The notes: a model not told the origin generated them from the sequence alone. Numbered from the stretch's first letter, positions 1 to 8,662 are shown. The stretch: DNA of 10,022 bases from Pseudobdellovibrionaceae bacterium (GCA_044359815.1 JBIKLL010000088.1:1-10022); one strand, 5' to 3'. Numbers and translations are program-made.

Positions 1-207
1 CTGGTGTTGAGTCATTTTATAAAAGCAAAAAAATTGCTTTTATAAAATGATTCAATACGAGAGATGAGCCCGCGGCCGTTAGCGAGTGTCTAAAAATAGT
101 GAAAAAAATTATCTTTGCATTTACGCATCACGAGATATGCCATGCGCGCTCGCAAATGTATTCAAAAGGTGTAAAAACATAGAAGTATTTTTAGATTCAA
201 ATTAACC
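1..207. repeat. Modular palindromic element, copy 1 (left-truncated): end of motif B, hairpin tip Z1 (4-58), motif A (56-84), arm Y' (85-125), motif B' (126-153), outer arm X' (158-207)
   Basis: 1-17 is identical to 9869-9885 and 56-131 is identical to 9946-10021 (76 bp). 158-192 is the reverse complement of 9736-9770 at 31/35. 4-28/34-58 form a 25-bp stem with two G-T pairs and a 5-nt loop. Confidence 0.92.
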
Positions 208-258
208 AGCTTTAGCGAGCTTGTTCTTGACTAAACTAACTGGCTTTCTGAAACTAGA

Positions 259-843
259 TTGATGAGAATTACATTTGTTTTTGTTTTATTGTTTATGTCG
301 GGGAAGGTATTTGCTCAGTCATTTACCGAACGAATAACTAATCAGGTTAATTTGCTGAGGCAAAAAAATTTTTCTGAAATCAACAGCCAGATCAGTTTTG
401 TAAAAATGCAAAGCAGCTTTGATTTTTTTAAAACCTATCCCAGTATCGGGGAAGGTATTTTAACCAAAAAAGATTTTGTGATTTCATATAATGAAAAATT
501 TGATGACCCTAATTTTAAAATCAGTGATTCGGCTTTGCGTGGTGTTTTAGCTCACGAGCTGGCGCACATTGCGGACTTTCAGCAGAAATCTTATTTTCAT
601 TTGCTGGAAATTGGATTTTATTATTTGTTTTTTTCACAGGGTGAATCCGTTAAAGCCTATGAACGCAAAATAGATATGTTAGTACTTTGCAAAGGCTTAG
701 GCAGTGATCTGTTGGATTTTCGAAATTGGCTTTACGGTCAGCTGAACGAAAAAGACGTTGAGCTAAAGAAACAAATTTATTTAACCCCCGAGGACATAAG
801 GACCTTTGATCAAAAGCACTGTGATCAATTGAAAGCTCTATGA
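259..843 (+). CDS. Secreted putative zinc metallopeptidase (HExxH, M48-like); start may be ATG 262
   Basis: 194-aa ORF with a signal peptide ending VFA-Q, motif ALRGVLAHELAH and a downstream YERKID motif resembling the M48 third-ligand region. The stop overlaps the next start (ATGA 840-843). Confidence 0.7.
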   Translation: MMRITFVFVLLFMSGKVFAQSFTERITNQVNLLRQKNFSEINSQISFVKMQSSFDFFKTYPSIGEGILTKKDFVISYNEKFDDPNFKISDSALRGVLAHELAHIADFQQKSYFHLLEIGFYYLFFSQGESVKAYERKIDMLVLCKGLGSDLLDFRNWLYGQLNEKDVELKKQIYLTPEDIRTFDQKHCDQLKAL

Positions 844-1877
844 AGATTTTTATTTTTTTAATGCTGTTAATCGCTTCCGGTAATTTGTTTGCTTGGGGTG
901 GCCTGGGTCACAATGCCATTTGTATGGCAGCCAGTAGTTTAGTGAAGGAACCTGAACTGAAGAATTTTTTAAAAAACAAGGGTCATGTCATGGGGCATTT
1001 GTGCAATGTACCTGATACCCATTGGCGCAATCTGGATTCTTCGGTCACCGATCTGAACGCACCCACACATTATGTTGATGTCGAAATTTTAGGTTTGAGG
1101 CTGATGGACATTAACAGTGACTATGGATATTTGCAGAAGAAATACACAGGTCAGCAGAATAATTTTGAAAAAGCTGTGATCACAAATTTTCATAAAGAGT
1201 TTGGTTCGAATTGGTGGCGGACCGAACAGCTTTTTAAAAAGTCTATTGAACAAGGCAAAGCCGCGGCTACAGCAACGGATGAAAATATAGTTTCGGATAG
1301 AATTTATGATTTCTATGTGACTTTGGGATTGATGGGGCATTTTGTTGGTGATAATTCGCAGCCCTTTCATCTGACAGCAGACTATGATGGGTTTGGTGCA
1401 GGTCATGGCGGTATTCACGCGTATTATGAGGAAGCCGTGGTTGCGGAAATTGGCCCCGAATTGCTGACCAAGCTGATCAAAAAAACTAAAGATCTGAAAT
1501 CAAAACCTAAAAAAAAGGGCGCAAAACAGAATCTTGGTTTTTTAAAATCAGGGACAGTGTTTGAGCGCATGAAGCTGCTTGGGAAAGTTTCTTATGATGA
1601 AATCAAGACCGTGATTGAATTGGATAAAGTTTTAAAACCATCGACAGTGGTTTTAGAAAAAGGCATGAAATTAAAAACTCCGGCTGAAAGGGTAGATCCA
1701 TCAAAGGCTGTAAAGAAATTTGAGGGATTGATTATCACCCAGATGGCCAGATCGGCCTTGCTGTTGGCGGTGCTTTGGGACGAAGCGTATCGCGTAGCGG
1801 GTTCACCTAAACTGTCAGGCTATAAAAGCTATAAGTTCCCGTTTCAACCGGACTTTATCGCCCCTGATTATCTGTAA
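840..1877 (+). CDS. Secreted S1/P1 nuclease / zinc-dependent phospholipase C superfamily protein
   Basis: Signal peptide followed by mature N-terminus WGGLGH. PD, THYVD, HFVGDNSQPFH and IHAYYE match the tri-zinc ligand pattern of S1/P1 nucleases. Confidence 0.85.
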   Translation: MKIFIFLMLLIASGNLFAWGGLGHNAICMAASSLVKEPELKNFLKNKGHVMGHLCNVPDTHWRNLDSSVTDLNAPTHYVDVEILGLRLMDINSDYGYLQKKYTGQQNNFEKAVITNFHKEFGSNWWRTEQLFKKSIEQGKAAATATDENIVSDRIYDFYVTLGLMGHFVGDNSQPFHLTADYDGFGAGHGGIHAYYEEAVVAEIGPELLTKLIKKTKDLKSKPKKKGAKQNLGFLKSGTVFERMKLLGKVSYDEIKTVIELDKVLKPSTVVLEKGMKLKTPAERVDPSKAVKKFEGLIITQMARSALLLAVLWDEAYRVAGSPKLSGYKSYKFPFQPDFIAPDYL

Positions 1878-1944
1878 CTAGCCAAGTCTGAAAATTTTGT
1901 TGATTCTTGGGGAAAGCTTCGATTTCATAGCGCCTTGATACTTT

Positions 1945-1950
1945 AGGAGG
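1945..1950 (+). promoter_or_regulatory. Shine-Dalgarno site
   Basis: AGGAGG just upstream of ATG 1955. Confidence 0.7.
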
Positions 1951-1954
1951 GGAC

Positions 1955-3292
1955 ATGAAGTATTTAATCGCCTTGGGGATTATGGCCACAGGACTGTGTG
2001 CCATGGCAAACGGTACAGCTAACAGCCAATCAAATATTTTAAACGCATCGACAGATGTGCAAACTGAACAGCAGGCAAACGATCTGTCAGATCAGGAATC
2101 AGAAAGCCCAGCAGTCCAGCAGGGGCAGGCTCCGCGGATTCCGCTGGATATCAGCAGCGCTGAATACCAACAGCTGTTACAAAAATCGACTTCTAGGTTT
2201 AGCAGGGCTGACGCGCAGATTGAAGAAATCCTGCGAGTGGGCAAACGAAATCTGGATTGGCTAAGAAATATTAATTCAAAAAGAAATTCTAAACTGTCTT
2301 TTACAGGTCCGCACACACGAGTCGGATTCCCGATCAATGCTCCCAAGAAATACAACAACAGAACCATAGTTCAAGACTACAACCAAAGACTGGCCGCTTT
2401 GCCCGAAAATATGAGGGTTGTTTTGTTGAGCAGAAGTCCTGTGCCCGATATGCTGCCATTGTCAGAGGATGCTTATGTGAAGCTGGGTCGGGAAATCGAT
2501 ACGTCTTACCAAAATGCTGCTCGCTGGAAAGTGATGTTGCCTTATCTGCGATCTCTGGAAGAGCGCAGGGCCGAGGACATTCGTGGATGGTATTTTTTAA
2601 ATCAAGATCCTCAGTTGGAATCAAAGCTCACACAGTTTTCTCGGCTGCCTCAGGCTGAACAAACACAATTGTCCAATTATCTGGTGGGTGTTTGTTTTAA
2701 CAGTCGGGAAAATTATGCGGAATGCGGAAGGATCTTGAATCAGAAAATTGCCGAAAACCGCGTTTTGGAATTCTACCAAGGATATAAAAATCGCAGCCAA
2801 CAAATTTGGAATGATTTTTTTCAGATAAAACGGTCTTCGTATTTATACGCAGCCAAAAGGGTAAACGGGGGCTTGTATGTACCGTTTAAACCTGTGGATC
2901 GCGATGATATGAGAAGTTTTTTAAAGGACAATCTGGAGCAAGAATGGCAGTGGCCGGGGTTTAGAGTGTTTATAGACTTTGCCTATGTAATTGGAGCCGT
3001 CGAAGTGATTTGGAAACCTGGTGTTACGCCACATGTGCCTCACTTAGGTTCCCATCAGATAGTGATGGATGCCAACACATCACTGACTGAATACGAGGTT
3101 CAGTGGACCATCAAGCACGAATTTGGACATAATTTAGGATTTCCTGATTGTTACACCGAATTTTTTGAAAGGGAAACAGGACTGATCGTGGCTTATCAGA
3201 TGGATATCACAGACATTATGTGTTCCAGAAAAGGAAACATTAAAAAACGTCACATGGACGAATTGTTAAAAATTTATGGAGGAAGACTATGA
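1955..3292 (+). CDS. Secreted metzincin-like zinc metalloprotease, uncharacterised
   Basis: 445-aa ORF with signal peptide and good RBS. C-terminal HEFGHNLGFPD (HExxHxxGxxD) is followed by DIMC, a candidate Met-turn. Confidence 0.75.
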   Translation: MKYLIALGIMATGLCAMANGTANSQSNILNASTDVQTEQQANDLSDQESESPAVQQGQAPRIPLDISSAEYQQLLQKSTSRFSRADAQIEEILRVGKRNLDWLRNINSKRNSKLSFTGPHTRVGFPINAPKKYNNRTIVQDYNQRLAALPENMRVVLLSRSPVPDMLPLSEDAYVKLGREIDTSYQNAARWKVMLPYLRSLEERRAEDIRGWYFLNQDPQLESKLTQFSRLPQAEQTQLSNYLVGVCFNSRENYAECGRILNQKIAENRVLEFYQGYKNRSQQIWNDFFQIKRSSYLYAAKRVNGGLYVPFKPVDRDDMRSFLKDNLEQEWQWPGFRVFIDFAYVIGAVEVIWKPGVTPHVPHLGSHQIVMDANTSLTEYEVQWTIKHEFGHNLGFPDCYTEFFERETGLIVAYQMDITDIMCSRKGNIKKRHMDELLKIYGGRL

Positions 3293-3795
3293 AATGGATT
3301 GTCGCTTTAATATTTTTTGCGCAAGTGCAAGCATTTGCTCAAGCTGATGACTACAGATTGCTAGAAGAAAAATTTAACGCCAGATCTAGCCGTGCGGTGC
3401 GGGCCGAGATTTTGCCGACTTGGGAAGAACGTCACTATGTAGGGATGAAATGCGTTTTCGTGAATCAAGCTGGGGTTAAGCGTTCTGCATTGATCACCAC
3501 GCTGAGCAAATTTGTGCCAGGATCGGGGCCATTGATTCCGGATAAATGGGACCGACGTGTTCTGATTAGCAATGATAGCTATTATTCAGAAGATCAGTTG
3601 ATCAATTGGTATTTTAATTCGATGTGGACCAATGAAACTGAGGTTTCGCTTGAGGCCGGCATGCATGAAAGACCAGATTTTTATAATTCACCTTATCGTT
3701 TGTCGCTAAAGCGAGATGATGAATTTATATATTTTTTCTTGAGCTACCGAGAGTCTCAGAAAAACTACGGCTACTGCTGGGATCTGCCAAACTAA
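3289..3795 (+). CDS. Secreted hypothetical protein
   Basis: 168-aa ORF with signal peptide ending AFA-Q, GGAGG upstream and ATGA overlap with the protease stop. Two Cys. No family recognised. Confidence 0.8.
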   Translation: MKWIVALIFFAQVQAFAQADDYRLLEEKFNARSSRAVRAEILPTWEERHYVGMKCVFVNQAGVKRSALITTLSKFVPGSGPLIPDKWDRRVLISNDSYYSEDQLINWYFNSMWTNETEVSLEAGMHERPDFYNSPYRLSLKRDDEFIYFFLSYRESQKNYGYCWDLPN

Positions 3796-3798
3796 GCT

Positions 3799-3834
3799 CT
3801 CGCTCAGGCTCAGTATTAACTGCAGCGAAGCGAG
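3799..3834. terminator. Small hairpin right after the operon stop codon (possible terminator or RNA-stabilising stem)
   Basis: CTCGCT/AGCGAG outer stem and GCT-CAGT/ACTG-C-AGC inner stem. No clear U-tract. Confidence 0.3.
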
Positions 3835-3878
3835 TCAGAGGTCCAGCTAGGATTCAGTGATCTGATTTATATTTTTTT

Positions 3879-3921
3879 ATCCATATGAAATCTGCCTCAG
3901 ATTTGGTTTTTTTATATGGAT
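3879..3921. terminator. AT-rich stem-loop between convergent genes, possible terminator
   Basis: ATCCATATGAAA (3879-3890) pairs with TTTTATATGGAT (3910-3921). An alternative AAATCTG/CAGATTT hairpin is followed by GG and a T-run. Confidence 0.35.
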
Positions 3922-4100
3922 TTTCTTGAGTAAGTGATTCTAAAAATCAGAAATCTAAATGTTTTTTTATTTAAGTAGACCCTCTGCGGAGCCGGGATGG
4001 CGGGGGCTCGGCCCGAGCAGAGAAGCAGGAGCTGTGGTCTACTTAAATAAAAAAACATTTAGATTTCTGATTTTTAGAATCACTTAATAAAGAAAAGCCA
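3917..4100. repeat. Long palindrome: perfect 51-bp inverted arms with a GC-rich multi-hairpin centre (REP/REPIN-like)
   Basis: 3931-3981 is the exact reverse complement of 4036-4086, extending to 3917/4100 with 3 mismatches. The 54-nt centre contains CTCTGC/GCAGAG, GCC-GGGAT-GGC, GGGC-TCG-GCCC and AGC-AGGA-GCT. Confidence 0.92.
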
Positions 4101-4132
4101 GTTTTTTAGTATCTCATGCTTGAGTCTGATTT

Positions 4133-4969
4133 TTATTTTTTTGAATTAATAAAATCAAAGATCACTGAGTCTATTTCAAAGATATCGAGGTAATCCCTGA
4201 TTGTATTTTTACTAAACCTTTCAAACTGTGTGCGGTTTACAATCAGATGTTTAACAGTCTCTAATTGCAATTGATTCAGCTGTTGATTGTGAAATCTGTT
4301 TTGCAATTCGACTAGAATCTGCTGATCGGTAGGGTTTTTCAGTTCGATGTCTTCAAACAGCACTGATCTGACCATTCGAGCGGCCAGAAAGGGATTAACT
4401 CCGCTTTTAAACAAAGTGTTGTAGGCGTTGATTGAATAAGAAATATCATCCCACATATCACTGGTGCGCGCAGACTCTGTGGCTTGTAAAACCATTTCAG
4501 CAAAAGCTACTTGCTGATGTTTGTCGGTCAATCGAGCTTTAATGTTGTATCTGGACAAATTAATTTCCTGAGAAATTTCAAAGCCACCCGAGATCCCGTA
4601 TCTGAGCAAAATAGATCTGTCTTTTTTATCAAATCCAGCTTTTTGCAATGTCGCAGCTTTAGATAATAAATCTGTGGCACTGTATTTAAAATAACCTTTG
4701 TTTTTGGCAATTTTGTGAGCGTCTATGATGGCTTTTTGCTGCTCAGCCGATAGTGACCTTTTTAATAAAATTTCGGCAGATTTAATTCTTTCTTGATCAT
4801 TCAGTTTGGATGCTGAAATCAGAATCCTGGATAGTGGTTTTTTTTGGGTAACAGCATTGATCAGATCGGCCACGGGTTCAGAATCTATGGCCAAAGTGAG
4901 TTCACAAGAATCCTGAGCATGGGCCATTGATCCCAAAACCATCACCAATAACAGACTTAAAGCTTTCAT
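4133..4969 (-). CDS. Secreted hypothetical protein, predicted helical
   Basis: 278-aa ORF with signal peptide ending AHA-Q and RBS AGGAG (complement of 4976-4980). No named family recognised. Confidence 0.8.
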   Translation of the reverse strand: MKALSLLLVMVLGSMAHAQDSCELTLAIDSEPVADLINAVTQKKPLSRILISASKLNDQERIKSAEILLKRSLSAEQQKAIIDAHKIAKNKGYFKYSATDLLSKAATLQKAGFDKKDRSILLRYGISGGFEISQEINLSRYNIKARLTDKHQQVAFAEMVLQATESARTSDMWDDISYSINAYNTLFKSGVNPFLAARMVRSVLFEDIELKNPTDQQILVELQNRFHNQQLNQLQLETVKHLIVNRTQFERFSKNTIRDYLDIFEIDSVIFDFINSKK

Positions 4970-5125
4970 TGAAAACTCCTATATAAGAGAGCTTTCAATG
5001 CATAAAACAGACCTACTATCGGCGTCAAATCAGCTGTCATTTGGACGCAAGCCTAACCCTGTTGGTCCTCTTGTCAAAAGTGACAATTATGGCTTTACAG
5101 AGGTTAGGCTGAAATACAGTCCCAT

Positions 5126-5665
5126 TTATTGGCAGGGTTTAGTCATTAGCTTGGGATAGGTTATTTTCTCAAGCATCATTCTTTGGGCGTCATTGCTGGG
5201 AGTGTGGATAGCAACATTTATATCAATGGTGATTTCAGAATCTCGACCGCAAGGTGTCCAAGTTTTTGGGCTGTGGTCATAAACATTAACTTGACCATCA
5301 TTAAAATCAGGGCCGGCGAATACCATGCCTTGGCTGGCGTCCCTGATCCCATCAACAGTACTGACTAAATAAAAATCAGCTATAACGTTTTCGCTCAACC
5401 AATAGTTGTAGAAAACCGTCATAGTATCCAGTGCCACTGAAATGTTTTGCTGACCCTTGATCTGAAGTCGCAAATTGCATGTTAGGCCGCCCTGTTTGTA
5501 GGCAGTCAGACTGGTAAACGACAGTTCATTTTCATTGTTGGTTGGATTTTTTCTTTGAATGATTGATTTATCGGGACAGCCTGAGCCTTGGTAGCTCCAC
5601 ATAAAATCTTGAGCCAAGCCAGCCTGGGCGATGAGCAGTGTGCAGATAGTGATAAAAAACTTCAT
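5126..5665 (-). CDS. Secreted DUF4360-like protein
   Basis: 179-aa ORF with signal peptide and RBS GGAGGA (complement of 5671-5676). N-terminal YQGSGCP, CNLRLQI, WTPCG and a terminal Cys match my recollection of the DUF4360 pattern. Confidence 0.7.
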   Translation of the reverse strand: MKFFITICTLLIAQAGLAQDFMWSYQGSGCPDKSIIQRKNPTNNENELSFTSLTAYKQGGLTCNLRLQIKGQQNISVALDTMTVFYNYWLSENVIADFYLVSTVDGIRDASQGMVFAGPDFNDGQVNVYDHSPKTWTPCGRDSEITIDINVAIHTPSNDAQRMMLEKITYPKLMTKPCQ

Positions 5666-5688
5666 GATAATCCTCCGTAATGTTTTTT

Positions 5689-5887
5689 TGACCTACAGGT
5701 TATTTATAAAAAATAATTGAGATCTTTTTTATTAATTTAATGCCTTTCGCTAACGGCCGCACTTCGTCTCCCGTGTTGCATCATCTGTCGATGCCGCAAC
5801 ACTTAGGTACGCAGAGCGCGACGCTGCACAAGTCATTAAAATAACAAAAAAGATTTCAATTATTTTTTATAAATAACCTGTAGGTCA
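5689..5887. repeat. Modular palindromic element, copy 2 (single layer): 58-bp arm, motif A' variant (5748-5778), mini hairpin, motif B' variant (5797-5828), 58-bp arm
   Basis: 5689-5746 and 5830-5887 are reverse complements at 54/58. CGCTAACGGCCGC is the exact reverse complement of 72-84. CAACACTTAGGTACGCAGAGCGCGACGCTGCA aligns with the reverse complement of 9846-9877. Confidence 0.9.
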
Positions 5888-6037
5888 GTTAAAAAATAAA
5901 CTAAATCCTTGGGGGTGATCAGATCGCAAAAGGTTTGGCCTGGCAAACAAATGTTGGTGCTCTGACCCACAGCTGCAGTTTAGAAATCTGAGGGTGAGGA
6001 GCAATGCAATGTCGAACTAGGGGTAGCGGCTATGCGG

Positions 6038-8662
6038 CTACGCTAGCTGTTTTGAAATCAGCTCAAAGGTGTTGCTGGAAAGTTTTTGATCCACCAGCCA
6101 TTTTAAGTTTTTCTTAAGCTCTGTTTGTAAATCCTGATCCAGTTTGGGCAGCACATCAAAGCTTTGAGCTAAGCGGGATGCCACGGCGGGATTTAATTCG
6201 TCAACGGCCTTGATCATCTGGCAATAGAAGTTATAAGTAGGCTTTTTCAGATCATGAAACACCAAATGATTTTCAGCAAAATTAGCTAACAGCGAATACA
6301 CACGATTAGGATTTTTCAGATTAAATTCTTTATGGTGGGTCATCTTTTGCACATCTTCAAAGGTTTGTTGGTGATCAGATAGCGCAATCAATGCAAACCA
6401 TTTGTTCAATACCAATGATTCAGAATTCCACCGATTAAAAAATAAACTGATAGCTTCGGTTCGGTAGCGTTCAGTTTCCAACAACAAACCAAAAGCCGCT
6501 TGCTGATCATTCATCAACTGACTTTCCTTGAGCTGATTAAAGGCCAAGCCTTGGTGTTTAGGTAACCGTGTTAAATATCCCAGGCAGGCATTCTGAATTT
6601 TACGCCGCCCAAACGCTTTCTGCGAAATCTCAACATCAGTGGATCTGAAGCAGTTTTGATAGGTATTCAGAAATTCGCTTTCATTGGCTTTGGCAATGGC
6701 TGATTCAAAAACAGATCGGGCTTTACTGAGAGTGGTTGAATTAAATGAATCCAAATTCTGAATCAAAAAACCATCATCAGGCAGAGTGATCAGCAGAGCC
6801 AACATTCTGGGGACCAGTTTCCCGTCATTTAAAATCTTTGAAAACAGTTTTAATATATCAGGATTAACGACAGGTTGATTGCCGGCAGCGCAGTCTTTGT
6901 AAATCCTGACAAATTCGTTTAAAAATATTTTTTGAGCGCTTTCCCATCTGACAAAAGAATCATTGTCGTTTTCTATTAAAAACAAACTGTCAGTAAAGCT
7001 TTGGTCAAATTCCAGGTAAATAGGGGCCGAAAACTGCCGATTGATGCTCAAGATAGGTTTTTTGTTAATGCCGTTTATTTTGATTTCTTGCGTGGTCGAT
7101 TTCAGATTGGCAATGTAATGACCTTCTGAATTCTTAGTCACGGCAGGGTTATTGTCTAAATCAATCAATCCTTTGGATCCGAAAATCTGCAGATCCAGTG
7201 GAATGTGAAATTCAAATTTCTGATATCCGGATTTAGTTTCTTCAGCCGTTGGATCGCAAGTTTGAGTTAATGTGACAATGTATTCCTTGGAGCCAGAATC
7301 GAAAGTTTCGGTGACTTTTACCCTGGGCGTACCGCCTTGAAAATACCAGCGCTCAAACTGCTGCCAATCTTGGTTGTTTGCTTTAGCAATGCAATCTGCA
7401 AAATCCTGAATGGTGACGGCCTTGCCATCAAATTTTTCAAAATATAAATCCATGCCTTTTTTAAATCCTGGCCGTCCCACAATGGTTTGCATCATGCGAA
7501 TGACTTCAGCGCCTTTTTCATAAATCGTTGAAGTAAAAAAGTTATCTACAGCAAAACAACTGGTGGGCTGCACTGGGTGAGCATTGGGTCCAGCGTCTTC
7601 GGGAAACTGAGAGCTTCTGAGGTCCCTTACGGTTTGAATTCTGACCAAACCTCGGTCTGACATATCCATTGAAAATTCTTGATCACGAAACACTGTCAAG
7701 CCTTCTTTAAGACTCAGATTAAACCAATCCCTTAGGGTCACTCTGTTGCCGGTCCAATTGTGAAAATATTCATGAGCTATCACTGATTCGATGTTGTCAT
7801 AATCAGAATCCGAAGCTGTTTTGGGATCAGCAAAAACCAATCTGGAATTAAAAATATTTAATCCCTTATTTTCCATGGCACCTGCATTGAAATCATCACT
7901 GGCCACTATCATGTAGGTGTTCAGATCGTATTCGCGATCAAATCTTTGCTCATCCCATTTCATTGATTTGATCAGGGACTCCAAGGCAAACTGGCATCTG
8001 GATTCTTTGCCATGACTGCAATAGATTTCAAGATTGACCTTTTTGCCTGATCGAGTTGTGAATTGGCCTTTCAGTAATCCTAAATCGCCGGCAACCAAAG
8101 CAAACAAATAACAAGGTTTTTTGTAAGGATCTTTCCAGATCACTTGGTGACGGTTGTTTTCAAGCATGGTTTCAGAAACCTTGTCCCCATTTGACAATAA
8201 AATGGGATACAGTTTTTTGTCGGCGGTGATTTTAACAGTGTATGAAGTCATGACATCAGGTCGGTCTAAAAAATAGGTGATCCGTCTAAATCCCTGAGGT
8301 TCATTTTGTGTCACCAGCATTTCGCCGCTTTTATACAAACCTTCCAGTCTGGTGTTTTTAGCAGGATAAATTTCAGTTTCATTTATCAGTTCAAAAGTTT
8401 TTGGAACATCAAACACAGTCAGCGTGGATGGACCAACCGTGTGTTTGCATTCAGATCCGTTTAATAAAACTTTTTTAAGCACTAAGTCTTCGCCGTCCAG
8501 AACCAAGTCTTTATCATCACCGATTTTTGCAATCTGCATGGTGTTGATAACCCTTGTGCAATCAGCATGTATGTCAAAGCTTAGATCCAAGGACAGGATC
8601 TCGAAACCAGGTATTTTATAGTCTTTTAGGAATTGCTTTGTGTGTGAGCTCATAGAGTTCAT
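6038..8662 (-). CDS. pepN: Aminopeptidase N (M1 family); alternative start at 8653
   Basis: 874 aa with GAMENKGLNIFN, HEYFHNWTGNRVT, LSLKEGLTVFRDQEFS, YEKGAEVIRM and NPNRVYSL, all diagnostic of PepN. Confidence 0.98.
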   Translation of the reverse strand: MNSMSSHTKQFLKDYKIPGFEILSLDLSFDIHADCTRVINTMQIAKIGDDKDLVLDGEDLVLKKVLLNGSECKHTVGPSTLTVFDVPKTFELINETEIYPAKNTRLEGLYKSGEMLVTQNEPQGFRRITYFLDRPDVMTSYTVKITADKKLYPILLSNGDKVSETMLENNRHQVIWKDPYKKPCYLFALVAGDLGLLKGQFTTRSGKKVNLEIYCSHGKESRCQFALESLIKSMKWDEQRFDREYDLNTYMIVASDDFNAGAMENKGLNIFNSRLVFADPKTASDSDYDNIESVIAHEYFHNWTGNRVTLRDWFNLSLKEGLTVFRDQEFSMDMSDRGLVRIQTVRDLRSSQFPEDAGPNAHPVQPTSCFAVDNFFTSTIYEKGAEVIRMMQTIVGRPGFKKGMDLYFEKFDGKAVTIQDFADCIAKANNQDWQQFERWYFQGGTPRVKVTETFDSGSKEYIVTLTQTCDPTAEETKSGYQKFEFHIPLDLQIFGSKGLIDLDNNPAVTKNSEGHYIANLKSTTQEIKINGINKKPILSINRQFSAPIYLEFDQSFTDSLFLIENDNDSFVRWESAQKIFLNEFVRIYKDCAAGNQPVVNPDILKLFSKILNDGKLVPRMLALLITLPDDGFLIQNLDSFNSTTLSKARSVFESAIAKANESEFLNTYQNCFRSTDVEISQKAFGRRKIQNACLGYLTRLPKHQGLAFNQLKESQLMNDQQAAFGLLLETERYRTEAISLFFNRWNSESLVLNKWFALIALSDHQQTFEDVQKMTHHKEFNLKNPNRVYSLLANFAENHLVFHDLKKPTYNFYCQMIKAVDELNPAVASRLAQSFDVLPKLDQDLQTELKKNLKWLVDQKLSSNTFELISKQLA

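Noticed and set aside
227..255. Sigma70 promoter TTGACT-N17-GAAACT upstream of the first gene
   Set aside because: The -10 match is weak in an AT-rich background and cannot be supported without TSS data.
840..1877. S1/P1 nuclease as the enzyme acting on the hairpin elements
   Set aside because: It has a signal peptide and so is predicted to be exported, and the family is not sequence-specific. Proximity alone is not evidence.
3982..4035. tRNA fragment or known small ribozyme in the GC-rich cores (also motifs A/B)
   Set aside because: No T-loop/D-loop consensus and no hammerhead CUGANGA/GAAA core on either strand. The UAAC resemblance to twister is too short to support a call without an Infernal search.
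3917..5887. IS or composite transposon bounded by the two internal palindromes
   Set aside because: The two palindromes share no sequence, and there is no transposase and no target-site duplication that I can identify.
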